DNA of 64,000 nucleotides from Strigamia acuminata (Eukaryota): positions 15,810,001 through 15,874,000 of the forward strand of contig OX442314.1 of NCBI GenBank assembly GCA_949358305.1, in the 5' to 3' direction. Position 1 is the first letter of the stretch; the number at the start of each line of letters is the position of its first letter. The position numbers and the translations under genes were made by a program. The notes beneath the pieces were generated by a model. It worked only from the letters and a program-made list of their open reading frames with translations, was not told the origin of the DNA and ran no database searches. Below, in pieces: positions 23,150-36,094 of this stretch.

Positions 23150-25675
23150 ATGAAATTCGCGAAGTTGACACACATCTTTCAGGTAAGTACCAATATAAGA
23201 ATTCAGCGAACTAAATTCATAATTTTTTAAATATTAATTTCCAGATCCATGATAAAAAATGTGTTGTAAGTAGTGAAATAGATGTTGGCGAATGGAATCT
23301 TTCGTGGGACTGGTTCACCGACGGAATCTTTTTGGTAAGAAATATATATATCGCGTTGAATAACGAATGACTAATTTTTATCAAATAATGTAGATGGTTA
23401 AGGAACTGTTGACCCCAATTATAAAAGAATTTTTACAAGGTACTAAACACATACATTTCAACAACGAATTCGATTCATCTCCCATGGAATTTTTAGCTGG
23501 TAAATAATGCTGTATTCAAAACGCCATGTTTATGAACTAATATGAAAATATGTTATTGTGTAGGTTCACCGTTTCATGTTGCGTATTTTTTTAAAAAGGC
23601 AAATCTATCTGTCAATCCATGTTTAATTAGATGCGAACTAGGTACTAGGAACGAATAATATTTTCTTCATAGTCTTAATTTGTTTTTGCATTCAGAAAAT
23701 AAATATAAACCGGTCAATGTGAGTAGTGTTAAATTGTTCGCAAGTCTTTGCCAGACCTCTCTCACGGATGTTGAAATGCAACAAACATTTTTGAAAAATC
23801 AGGTAAATAAAAGGTTGCAGAAAATCATCACAAATTATAATATTTTATTTATTTTATATATTTGAGCAGCTAAAACCAAATTTTGGAAAGTCCAAATGGT
23901 CACCAGAATCAAATTATGGCATAAGCAGCTATTTCACGAAGACAGATGTGAAAAATCAGATTAAATCACAAGCCATTTCGTAATTACAACATTCATCATT
24001 AAATTGTGGAATAAAACTTACTAAAAATTGTTTATTGATTGAAGTTCCAGAGTTGAGGTTCCATTTGAATTTAAAAACCGATTGAACTGTGAGCAGACAG
24101 AAAATGACACCAAAACTGATTTAATCTCTGTTTGTGATCCATTTGTCAGTATTCAAGAAGATCTAAGAAGGGAGTTGTCTGATGACGATTTCGAAGTTCC
24201 ATTTAAAGAAATCCGAACGACGTCAAATTCAGTAGACCTCAGCAGGAACACTGGAACTACACTCCTTGAAATTCAACCAAACGAGGACCCAACTCCACGC
24301 AAATCAGTCCTCAATGTTTTGTCCAAACACGCCAAAACAGGCGGCGGTAAAGAAGAAAATTACGTGTCTCTCAGTGAAAATGTTTGTTACGATTTCGGTG
24401 AATTGGAAAGTAAAAAGGAACTGGAAGTGACTAATCAATATAAAATACTGAATGTGAAGGATGAAGAGAGTGCCGACAAAGCCAATGAAAAAACGTCAAA
24501 ATATTTTAATTCCAACAAACGGAAATTGGACAATGGTGCTAACAAAGCCATGGACATGAAAACGTTGGATAGTATTTTAAGTGAACTGGAAAAACCTGAT
24601 CCGGTAATCGACAGGCTCATAGCTGAATCCAAAACGAAGAAACTTGCTGCCGTTTTCAAAAGAGATTTCACCGACAGTTCTGGTAAAGATGACAGCTTTG
24701 AATTGGCTAAAAGTAATAGAAGATGCAGAAAGCTGAGAAAGCCGTCCGTTGCCAAAAGAAAAGACGATGGAAGTAAAGTGAAAAAGACGTTTCAACGTGA
24801 TAATGTGAAAAATAAAACACTCTTAGACTGGAAACTAAAAGAAACTCACGCAATAACAGTTCCTGAATGTGATAAATGTGAATCGGACAGTGACAACAGT
24901 TTGCCACCAGCACTTAGGATCGACGAAGACCATCAACCGAGTCGCAGTGATGTTTTAGAAAATTTAAGCGAATTAAGCAAGTCAAACGGGAAAGACACCA
25001 AAGTATATCGTGTGGATGAAATTGATTCTGATCTGATAGAAATTGATATAACCGATGAGAAAATTAGTGTAGTAAAGTGAGTATTAAACAGGTAACAAAA
25101 AAATTTTTTCCTAAAATTAATTTTCTGCTTTTTTTTCTTCAGAGAAATGCAGAATTTGACGACAGAACAACTCGGGAGTATGATTGCGCAAAATAAGGAC
25201 TATTTGAAGGAAATTCTCAAGGGGAAAGTATGCTTTGTTTTTATTTTTATTAAATATTTTCTCCACACGCAAATTGATCCGATTAACTCACTTTGCGATG
25301 TTTTAAAACTTCAAATTTATTAATAACGACTTTTTTTAAATCTCAAGAGTTCTAGTCGTCGACATCAAGATTATATCAAAGGAGGCAAAATAAGAAGGGA
25401 TTTGATCGATCACTTGTTTTTGACCATGTACACAGACAGCCAAGTAGACTTTATAATGGAAACTCTAATGGATACATTTAGCAAGAACACTAAAAAGGTA
25501 AGTCAATACTATTCATTACTGATTGTGCAGAAATTACAGTCTTGGTTTATTTCAGTATAACGATTACCTATTTAAAGTCTTATTAGCTGAAACGCTGATT
25601 AAAATTCTGATGGACTATAAAGATCTAAGTTACGATGAAGCTGAAAGAATGTCATTTTTAGCAAGAATCACGTAG
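23150..25675 (+). CDS. SLX4IP: SLX4IP-like protein with long disordered linker and helical C-terminal domain (10 coding exons)
   Basis: All exons join in phase. N-terminus (WDWFTDGIFLMVKELLTPIIKEFLQGTK...NNEFDSSPMEFLAGSPFHVAYFFKK) resembles the SLX4IP N-terminal domain (WF...V..LL...EYL...EF..S.P...G..F...YF.K). One long low-complexity exon (about 24045-25076) precedes three exons of a folded domain ending at TAG 25673-25675. Confidence 0.65.
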
Positions 25676-25778
25676 TTTTTATTTTTTTATTATCTGTATA
25701 AATTAACATCATAAAAGTTTGTTTTTCAAGTTATTTTCACAATTCTTAATAAATTAATTTGCTTCTGTGAAATTGTTC

Positions 25779-28081
25779 TCAATTTTTCCATTTAATGGCC
25801 TGTAAGTTTGAGAAAAAAGTTAAAAAGAGTTATGTTTTGTGCAAACATAATTTTAAATTACTTGTTTGAGGATGGCATCAGCCATTAACCGGTCTCCAGA
25901 CTGCGTGGGAAGCTTGCTCTTATAGCTGTACAATTGCTCCTTATCTTTCATTTTTGCCAAGGTCTAATAATAAAAAAAGGAAAAATAATAAAATGTCATC
26001 TTTCATACATTTCGATGACTTACATTAATAACTAGGTCGTGACAATTGAATCGTTTTCCGAAATCTAGTTTGAGATGAGAATCTTCTACGTAGCCGATGT
26101 ATCTTTTCAAAACATCTATCGGAGCATTTTTACTAGCGAGAATTTCGCAAATTCTCGTCATGTTCAAATCTGATTTCAACTTCAATGAACCTGTAAAACC
26201 CTGCAATTGATTTATAGTTTCAATGTGAACCATTCCAATTTGAAATTTATCATATATAATAATATACCTTCGTCAAAATCAAGGAATCCATTCTTTTCCA
26301 ATCTTGAAGTTCACCCAAAGCTGTTATTGCAACATATGCAAATTGTTTGCTCGATAAGCGGTGTTCTTTGGAAATGGCTAACGGACTCGCGAAGTTATTC
26401 TGAATTTGAAAAAAAATAATTGAACACAACATTTATATTTCCACATTTGAAAAAAATAAATAATGAAAATCACACCTCGCTTAAATCAAAATGATACAAA
26501 CAACAATAATACAGTGTGTCCAAAACCGACTGTCGCAATAACGAATTTTCACGCGGAATCTTTTTAAAAATCTCTGTTTTTCCTTCCCGTTCCAACTGGG
26601 AATCATTTTTCTAATAAAAGATAAAATAAAATACAAATAAATAACGTTTTATAAGTTCTTAAACAACAATTTCTTTCATACTTCAATAGGAAGCTGTTTC
26701 TCCAATAAATTTATGTGTTCTTGAATGGCTGCGGCTTCGTGGTTGAAGGTAGGATCTGGCTGGAAATGTATTCTGAAGTGAAATTCTAATTTTAATTTTT
26801 TTTTGCAATCGCAATTAAATGTCTGCATATTAACCTGATGCATTTGTGCAGCATTTTTATAGTTGTGTCAACATTTGAACTGCTGATGGCCATTTGATAG
26901 GACACCATCTAAAGAAAAAGGATTATACCTAAGACTTATTTTTGTTTTGCTTTAAGTGTCATTAAATTACAGCCGCTTCTTCATTTCTGCCAAACATGCT
27001 GCAAGAAATTAATTTTTTAATTAAAACTTTATTTTAATTCTTTTTCGGTTTTTAATTTACCCCAACACATCAATAAGCTCTTCGTATTCGGAATGTAGTC
27101 GCAGATATGCCAAGTAATGTTCCACAGCTTCCGGTTTCGATCTTAACTCGAATTGGAATATTGAGGGTTTTGTTTTTTCTTTCAGGTGTAACACGGTCTG
27201 ACAACATTAACATTAACATCGAATCAACAAACCGAACAAATAACTATTTACTCGTAAAATTGCATTTCCATCGTGGGAATCTATCGCTGCTTTTAAAAGT
27301 GCAACTTTGAGTTCTCTCGATCGAAATCCGTCAAAAGTGTAATACTACAAAAAAATCAAACATTTATCAATTAAAAAATGTACTGAAAAAAATCCCCCAA
27401 AAATTCATATTTTCTTACATCGTCATTTATTATTTTATTAACAACATCTCTGGGAGATGGAATATCCTAAAGAAAGATAAAAGCAATCAAAAAATTAAAC
27501 AAACTAGAAACTTCAGCTGTAAATTTACCTGTAAATTTCTTTTTAAATGCTGAAGTTCACTCTCTAGTTTTGCCACTCGTGTTGCAGGATATTTTGTCGG
27601 TGATGACAGATCCATTAACCCTACGTGTAATAATAAATACAAAATAATTAAGAAATACAAAAAATAAATACCTTGCAGATCATTTTGCATAGTTGTACTA
27701 TCAGAGCGGAAACGAGCGCTACCGATCGAGTCGTTTGATGTTGATTTACCTAAGTTAAATTCGTTGATTAAAATACGTACTCGTCGGTATCGTATGCATA
27801 TTTGTTTTTACATTCAGTACTCCATTCATTACTTTCCAGCATTCCCGAAAACAACACATTATTCTTTTTATCTTGTACGTCAGTATTTGTTATCTGCTTG
27901 CAATATGCTACTGGTACAATTGATTCGTTAAAATCTGCATCGAAGACATTTTTATTTTTCTCTTTCTTGAATTCTGACGCGTTCCAGTAAGCTTCATCAT
28001 CCTTTCTGCAATTTAAAATTGTTAACACCAAGAAGACATTAAATCGATTTTATTAAGCATAACTACTCACATATTTGTCAT
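25779..28081 (-). CDS. VIPAS39: VPS33B-interacting protein / SPE-39 (Vps16 C-terminal-like), multi-exon
   Basis: N-terminus MTNI|KDDEAYWNASEFKK and C-terminus IKWKN* match the VIPAS39 termini; internal TLYYCLYHF, ASPLAI and KQFAYVAITAL segments also fit. Confidence 0.9.
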
Positions 28082-28386
28082 CTTCTACCAAATTACTAAA
28101 ACGAAAGTGTGGTTGTATATACCACAAGCCTCTGATTATACATACGTCATGTCCAAACGTAATACTGTAGTGCCATCTATTGATGCATTTACGAATGACT
28201 AAAGGGGCAAGAAAATGACGCTTATTTGTGCAGCCAATGACAACAATTTGTGTGATGGCGATTTAAATCACATGAACCAATCACAAACGTGGTTCATTCA
28301 AAATTTCTTTAGCAACTTTCTTTAGTTCGTTCAAGGAGTTTGACATGGTTTGACGCTTGTTTTTAATTTATTTCAAAGGTTTTACG
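28082..28386. promoter_or_regulatory. Bidirectional promoter VIPAS39 <-> CENP-E-like, with CCAAT boxes and CHR-like element
   Basis: CCAAT at 28234 and 28277, TTCAAA (reverse of CHR TTTGAA) at 28297, and CTCF-like TCAATAGATGGCAC on the minus strand at 28170-28183. Confidence 0.5.
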
Positions 28387-31300
28387 ATGAGCGAGTTATC
28401 CCCGATTAAGGTGGCAATAAGAATTCGTCCCGTAATCGAGAGGTAAATAAACGAAAATATAATAAAACTTAAAATCTAATGTTTTGTTTTTCATTCTATA
28501 GGGAAAAAAATGAAAATTGTCCATTAGTTTGGACGCCGTCCGGTGATCAAGTTATCTCACTTTACAGCTCCAGACCAACTACGTTTACTTTTGGTACGAT
28601 TACGAAGGGATTTATTAAATTTAAATTCCTACGGAAATTTATTATTACATTTTTAATTTAGATACTGTGTTTGGAGAACAGGCAACCAATGCCGACGTTT
28701 TTCAGAAGGTTGTGCGTCCTGTGATTGATGATTTCTTAAACGGATATAATGGTATTTAAACAAATATGCAAAGCTTGTTGCCTTGAACGTTCAATAACGA
28801 AAAAGTTTTCAAATTTAGGAACGGTATTTGCGTACGGACAAACTGCGTCGGGAAAAACCCACACCATGATGGGCAATGAAATGAACCCGGGGATAATTCC
28901 GATGAGTGTTGATTATATTTTCCAGTTTATTGAAGCGGTAAATTTTGTAAGTTTTGTTTATTTGTTTAAAAGTTAAAATATTTTGTCGTTTTTAGACTCC
29001 TGGGCGAACGTCTTTGCTTCGCTTTTCTGTGATTGAAATCTATAACGAAAATGTAACCGATCTTTTGGCCAGTGACCCGATTCATCTGAAAATATACGAT
29101 AAGGTAAGTAAAATCGTGGGAAGTAGTTCCTTTTCACACCGTAATATTAAATTTATTTTTTGTTTCAGGATGGAACGACACATATAACTGATTTAAGTGA
29201 ACGAGTAGTTACTTCACGCGAGGAGCTATTGCAAGCTCTTATTGAAGGAGAAAGTAATTTATTTTATCATCGTTTTTATTATTATTATTATAATTAATTA
29301 ACATTATTTTTGTGTTCGTGCAGAGAGGAGACATTTTGGAGAAACGTGTATGAACGAAAAAAGTTCTCGATCGCACACTATCTGTAAAATGGTAAATTTT
29401 ATAATTTTTATTTTGGAAAAATGTGCTTATGGATTTATTCTTAACGTATTTTAGACGATTGAGAGTCTTGGATGTAAATTGGCTGACGATAACAGTGACA
29501 CTTCGGTTACCGTATCTCATCTTGTAAGTCGTGACTGCAAAAATTGTTAAAAACGTTGAACCGATTATTATTATTTTTTTAATTTAGAATTTGGTCGATT
29601 TGGCTGGATCTGAAAAGTGTGGGCAAATAGACTCGAAGGCACCACGTTTTAAAGAAGGTTGCAATATCAACCGCTCGTTATTAACATTGAGTACGGTAAT
29701 TTGTAAATTGAGCGAAGGAAATAGGTAAGAAAATATCGTACTGCACTGAAGAACGATTAAGTATTCATTATATTATTTCTTTTTTAGTGTTCACATAAAT
29801 TATAGAGATTCAAAGCTCACAAGGATTTTAAAATCGTCGCTCGGTGGAAATTCTAAAACAACTATCATTTGCAATATTACTCCAGTTGCGTATGACGAAA
29901 GTTTATCTACGTTAAAAGTAAATAGTTAATTTTTTTATTTATTTATTTAACTAGGCTTTTTAGCCTAGTTTAATATTTTAATGTGAAATCTTAGTTTGCA
30001 GAACGAGCCAAAGCAGTAAAAAATAAACCGAAAGTTAATGCCATTTTGGACGAAAATTCTTTGTTGAAGTGCTACGAAAATCAAATTCAACAACTTGAGA
30101 TGAAATTACAGGTTAATTCTCAAAAATTGTCCAGTTCTTATGATTTAAAATATTTTTTTAGAGCACAAAAAAATGTGAACAAGAGAAAATTGAAGAGCAA
30201 AGCAGCTACATAAACCACTTGCAAGAGAAGCTACGGACCTTAAGCGACAAACTTTTAGTATCGAACAGGCCTTTTGGGTTACCAGTCACTGCTGCGGTAT
30301 GAAAGATCTTCATCGACAGTGATTCGGTCATTTTAATGTTTATATTCTTCTTTTAATACTAGGCCCAGTCCAGAAGAGAAACTTGGGGTTGTGCTGCTAC
30401 ATTTAAAAAATTTTCTTTCGAAAGTGTTTTTATAACGGATGTGCCGGCTGTCTTTAATAAATGTAATGAATTATTAAGTTTCTTGTTAAATTTGTGGTGA
30501 TACAATTTTTTTTCGTTTTTGTTGCTACTACCAATATAGCTCTAAGTCATCCAACATTAAACTTTGAACAGCTTGCCAATACGAATAGCCACGATGAGGT
30601 AAGCAAATTAACAGATGTAATAATTTAATATTATACTATTTATTTAATTTCTTCTTTTTTTAGAGTCAGGAAGACTTTATTGGCGATGGAAATAGAGAGT
30701 TGTTTGATGAACTGAATGCAGTCAAAGAAGAACTCTCCTTGAAGAATTCTTTATTGGATGTAAATGTTTTTTCTTTCGAGATTTTTTTGTTACACACACA
30801 AACAGATACAGATATATAGATTTATATTTAAATGAATTAATAGGATTTAACTGGTCAGATTAAGGAATTTTTGAAAGAAGAGTTTGATATGGATATTATT
30901 TTGGACGAAGGTCGAGACAGCCAATTTAATGTAGAGGTTTATTTGAGGAGAGAAATGACAGTCAGTCCAAAAAAAGAGAACCCAGTATGATTTGAAGAGT
31001 TGTTATTTGTGTATTGTGTGTAGCAACATTTGAGTTGTTCTAGGTTGTAACAAAATTGGGAAACTACTCGCACGGGTGTAATAAATGTGCCGAGGAAAGA
31101 GAAAAATTCGATAAGCAAGAAAAAGATCTTTTACATCAAATTGCTGAGTTTACTGTTAATGCCGATGTGCGTATTTAAAAGTGTTTTATATTTTTATTTA
31201 TACATCTTGACTATTGTACAGAAAAATGCAGAAATAATGGATAAACACACCGACCGAATACGGTATTTAGAGAACAAAATTCGGAGTTTGCAACACGAGC

Positions 31301-34300
31301 GGGAGGAAAACGAAAGGGTTAGAAAATTATTTTGCACTTTTGAACGTAAGAGAATTAATTTTTTTGTTTTATTTAGGCTGTTGAAGAAAGATTGAAAGAA
31401 TGTTCAAATGACAACGAAAAAGTAAGAGAAATACTCATAAGCTTAGAAATACAAATTAAAAAAGAATATAAGGAAAATGAGCAAAAAATCCTTGAAAAGT
31501 GTCAAACTATTCGAGAATTAGAAAGCATGCTGAAAGAACGATCGACAAAAGTGATTCTTTTCTTTTTTTTACAAAAAATAAAAAGTAATAAAAGCAATAA
31601 CTGTATTCAAAACTTATTTTTTCAGGAATGTGAAAATCAAATGCATAAAGAGTTGATGAAGGTCCAAAACGAGTTTGCGGATTTGAAGGAAAAATACACG
31701 CTGTTGGTTGAGGTAAAAACTTGTACAAAATTACTATTTTTTTTTACTAATTGTTAAACTACTTTTAGCAACTTCATTGTAGCAGTGAAACGGCAGTTGA
31801 AAAGGATTTATTACAGAAAGAATTAGCCGAATTAAGACAAAACTACTCGGATTTACAAAGTGCTAACAACGTGCGTTATTTTCGTTTCTTTTCTTGATTT
31901 TTCTTAAATTCCAAATTTGATTTATTTTAGACTGAAGTGGTAAGGTCGCTACTACATGAATTGATAGAAAATTTGCCTACAGACGGTGAAGTGCAAGAAG
32001 ATACAAGCGGTCATCGTAACAGAATTTCAGAAATGGAAAAAGTCCTATGCAATGTGCAGACTGGTGACTGCAAGGAGGAACCGTTGGAGATAAAGGTCTA
32101 GAAAAATATGTTGTTTCATTATTTTGTATTTACTAAAGTAATTTTTAGGACTACAAAGCGCAGATACTCGAATTGAAAGAAACCAATCAAATATCTGATG
32201 ATATCATAAGTGATCTCAAAAGTGAAGTGGTAAAGTTGTTGGAAGAAGTCGATGCAAAAGATGAAGAAATTTCGAAATTAAAAGAGTTAGTTGAAACTCA
32301 AGAACAAACGGAGAAAAAAGTTGAAAAGGATGAAAATATTGAAAAGGTGCAATTAACAAATTTCTAATGTTTATTTCAATTGATTTTCGTTTCTTTTTCC
32401 ACTTTTGGTTTCAGCTTTTGGAATTGAAAGAACAAAGTTCAAATTTGAAAATAGAACTTGGAGAATTAAAAGCTGAAGTAGTCGAACGAGTTCAACTTGG
32501 AGTTGATGCAGAATCAAAATACGAAACAGAATTGAACCGTTTACTAGAGACACTCGAACAACTAAAAAAGGAGGTGGAAAATAAACAAACAATTCAAATG
32601 GTGCGGCTGTCAATTATTCGTTCTTTATTGCGATGTTAATTTATTTTTATTATTTTAAAGACACTTGAGAATCAGTATTCAACTATCAAAGAGGAAAATG
32701 CAAATTTGCTTAGTCAACTAGCAGAATTAAATGCCAAAGTAGCTGAAAGTGACCAACTTGCAGATGATGCGCAGTCCAAACATGAAACAGAACTCAAACA
32801 ATTACTTGGAGATGTAGAACAACTTAAAAAGGAATTGGAAAATGGGGAGACAATTCAAATGGTGCAACTGTCAATTATTCGATCTTTTGTGTTATATTAA
32901 TTTATTTTTATCATTTTATAGACACTTGAGAATCAGTATTCAACTTTGAAAGAGGAAAATTCGAATTTGCTAAATCAACTAGCAGATTTAAATAGGAAAG
33001 TAATTGAAAGCGGTGAACTAGTAGATGATGTGAAGTCCAAGCATGAAATCGAACTGGAACAATTACTTGGAGAAATAGAACAACTTAAAAAAGAATTGGA
33101 AAAAGGGGAAAAGGTTCTATTGGCAAGTTATTCAATTTTCTGTGTGTTAATTTATTATTTTATAGATTCTAGAGAATCAACATTCGGAAGAAAATGTTCG
33201 TTTGCAACTCCAGGTAGATGAATTAAGAGCTGAAACGGTTAGACTTGCAGAATGTGGTCAATTTAACACGGACATGGTATAATTAGATAAAATTTAACGT
33301 TTTGCTCTCACTAATTTTTATTTTATTTATTAGACTTTAGAGAAACAATGTACAGAGATGAAAAATGAAAATATAAAGTTACAAAATGAAATGGAGAGAT
33401 TAAAGCAAGAAATAGATGAAAAATCCAAACACGCGGATGAAGCTCAAACAGATTCGACAAAACTGAGTGAAACGAATGCTGAATTGATGCACAGAGTTAA
33501 CCGTCTAGATGGCTTACTGGTTCAGATTGAGATGGAAAGCCAGAAGAAAATATTAGACATGGAAAAGAAATATTACGCGAAAAAGGAAAAAATTGAGGTT
33601 TTATTGACGTTTTAAAAAAGTGTTAACTGGTAATTAATGCTTTTAATTCAATATTTAGTGCTATGAACAACAGGTATATGAACTGCTTGAACGGTATCAA
33701 CAGAAGTCGGAAAATATGAACACGTTGGCTATGGAATTAAAAGAATTAAGCATCACGCTGGAACAACAAAAAACATCAATGAGTGAACTGGAGAATAATT
33801 ATAAAACATGTTCTAAAGAGTTAAGTGCAAAAAAGAGTGAACTTGAATCGTGTATAGAATCAACGAGTAAACTGGAGTGTGATTACGAAGCTCTTACGCT
33901 GGAATTATCGACAAAAACGAGTGAACTTGAACGGTGTACAGAATTAATGAGTGAGATGAAGCAGACTCACGAGCTGCGTATCCAGGAGCTTTCGGACAAA
34001 AGAACTGAACAAGATACAACTATAAGTCAAATCTCGATTATGAAGAAGGGATTCGAGGATCTGAAATTTAAAATGGATCAATTGCAAACGGCTGTTGTTA
34101 AAGTAAATTGTTAGCATAGAAGTTAAATTAAATTAAATTTTTTGAAATTTACTATGTTTAGAAGGAATCTGATGCGAGTAACCTGCCAGTCACTAAATTG
34201 GAAGACGATCTGAAGACTCAAACGGAGAAATTAATTGAAAGCAATCATAAAAATTCAGTAACTATTAAAAATTTCTAAATTCATTTGAATACCTATTTAA

Positions 34301-36094
34301 TCATTTTAAATTTTGCAGATTCTGAAAGAGAAAATTGAAGCAATGGAAATAGAGTTGGGAACACTTCGGCACCAATGTGTTTCGGAAAATGAAGAGTCGG
34401 AAATTAAATCGAGCAAATTGACTAAAGAAATACAAGATCTCGAAGTCAAGAACTCAATCCTTGCCGATGATCTTACGGTACGAATTTTTAGATTTATTTA
34501 TTTGGATTTATTCTTTTCAATTTTTGAATTATTCACATTTCAGAGTTTGTCAAATCGTATTGAGAATTTAAATACCGAAAAGATGGATTTACGAAAGGAA
34601 TTGGACAACAACGCTGCGAGATTGAAATTAGAGCAGCATGAGGAAATATGCCAATATCAAGCCACCGTTGAAACGCTAAAGAATAGGATAATGGTAAAGC
34701 AGGATTTACAATGGCAAAGCCCAGAAAATGATGTATTTTATTTATTTATGAAATTATTTCTTTAGACATTTGCCGACCGTATAAACATTCTAGAAACGGA
34801 GAACAGCAATTTAGAACAGGAAATTGCTTCTTTAAAAAATCAACGTTTTTCTCAGCAAAGTACAACGGAGGAGGTTGAAAATAAGGCTCTTGAGGAGCGT
34901 GTTTCGACCTTAGAACGGGTTAGTGAACGATGGTTAACACGTTTTTTCTGTGTTTTGGTTAATTGTTTCCTTAACATTTTTAGACGCACGAAAATCAAGT
35001 ATTGGAGCTTACGACGGAACATGAAAAGAAAATTCAAGAGTTAGAAATAAATCACGAAAAGAAAGAAGAGAAAATGCTCTATAGGATTAAGTTTCTAGAA
35101 GACCGTGAAGATGTGAGAAATTTTCTCGTTCAGGAAGTTCTCATTTCACTTTACTAATTTTTTTAATCATTAGGAAACCGAACAAATCGTAAATGATTCG
35201 GAGCAAAAGTTGTGGTCAATGATTGATAAAGAAAAAGAGAGACATGAGAAAACTAAATCAGAATTGGAAACTGTGAAAAAGTTGTGTAAGTTTAAATATC
35301 TTTCGCTGCATCGAATAATGTTTCAATAAGGTGTTTGTTTATATTAGTGGAAAATGCACAGCTTACACGGACTCCTTTGCACGAAATTTCTCCGAACAGT
35401 GTGAGCAATGTTTTGTATTCCAAGGAAGAATGTTTAAGTAATCGTGATGAATTTCAAAAAGAGGTTGCGATCAACAAAACAAAACAAGTTTCTCAAGAAA
35501 ATGTAAGTATTTTATATTCCCACAAGTTATATGTTAAAGAAATGTTTATTTTTTTAAACAGGACTTGCAATTGACAGACAGTAACACCGAATTGCTGCGG
35601 AAAGAATGTGAAATAAACACACTGAAGATCGAATTAACTAAACGAGATTCTCCATTCATAGCAAAGTGTGGATTCGTTTTTATTCTTGCAAATTTTAATT
35701 TTGTCGTTAAAAATTTGTGTTTGTTTTCAGAATTGAATTGCTCACTAAGGAACGCGACAGTTGCGTGAAAAGGGAAAAAGAAATGAGGCAACAACTCTTG
35801 AAGATGCAGAAACAGTCATTTAATAGCACCAGTAAGAAATTGAATTTTTTTATTTAGTTATTTTATAGTAGTTATTGTTTTGAGTTATGGTAAAACAAAG
35901 TGATGAAAATTTCTGATTTTTTGAAATTTTTCTTTAAATTTTATCTAGCGAACGAATTTCAACAAGCTGGTAAAACGGCAGCTGTTGCACCAAATTTTGG
36001 ATTAGTTGACTCGTGTAAAATTGAACTGCTGGAAAGTCAATTAAATAAATTACAGCAGCAACTTAAAAAATGTGTTTGTAACAAACAAAAATGA
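28387..36094 (+). CDS. CENPE: Kinesin-7 / centromere protein E-like: N-terminal motor plus long coiled coil, many short exons; exact last exon uncertain
   Basis: [10 protein letters not shown]-loop [83 protein letters not shown], post-motor RRETW motif typical of kinesin-7, then extended heptad-rich exons. Confidence 0.85.
32415..33165 (+). repeat. Tandem exon+intron duplication (about 261-bp period, 3 copies) in the kinesin coiled coil
   Basis: Exons starting at 32661 and 32922 both begin ACACTTGAGAATCAGTATTCAACT; introns 32601-32660 and 32862-32921 are also alignable (GTGCxxCTGTCAATTATTCG...TTAATTTATTTTTAT). Confidence 0.9.
33781..34020 (+). repeat. Intra-exonic 84-bp (28-aa) tandem repeat, about 3 copies
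   Basis: GAGTGAACTGGAG (33781), GAGTAAACTGGAG (33865), GAGTGAGATGAAG (33949); GAGTGAACTTGAA recurs 84 bp apart. Confidence 0.7.

Noticed and set aside
24435..24913. Antisense ORFs over the long SLX4IP-like exon (similar cases at 53191-53580 and 55868-56278)
   Set aside because: Shadow ORFs of real coding exons on the opposite strand.
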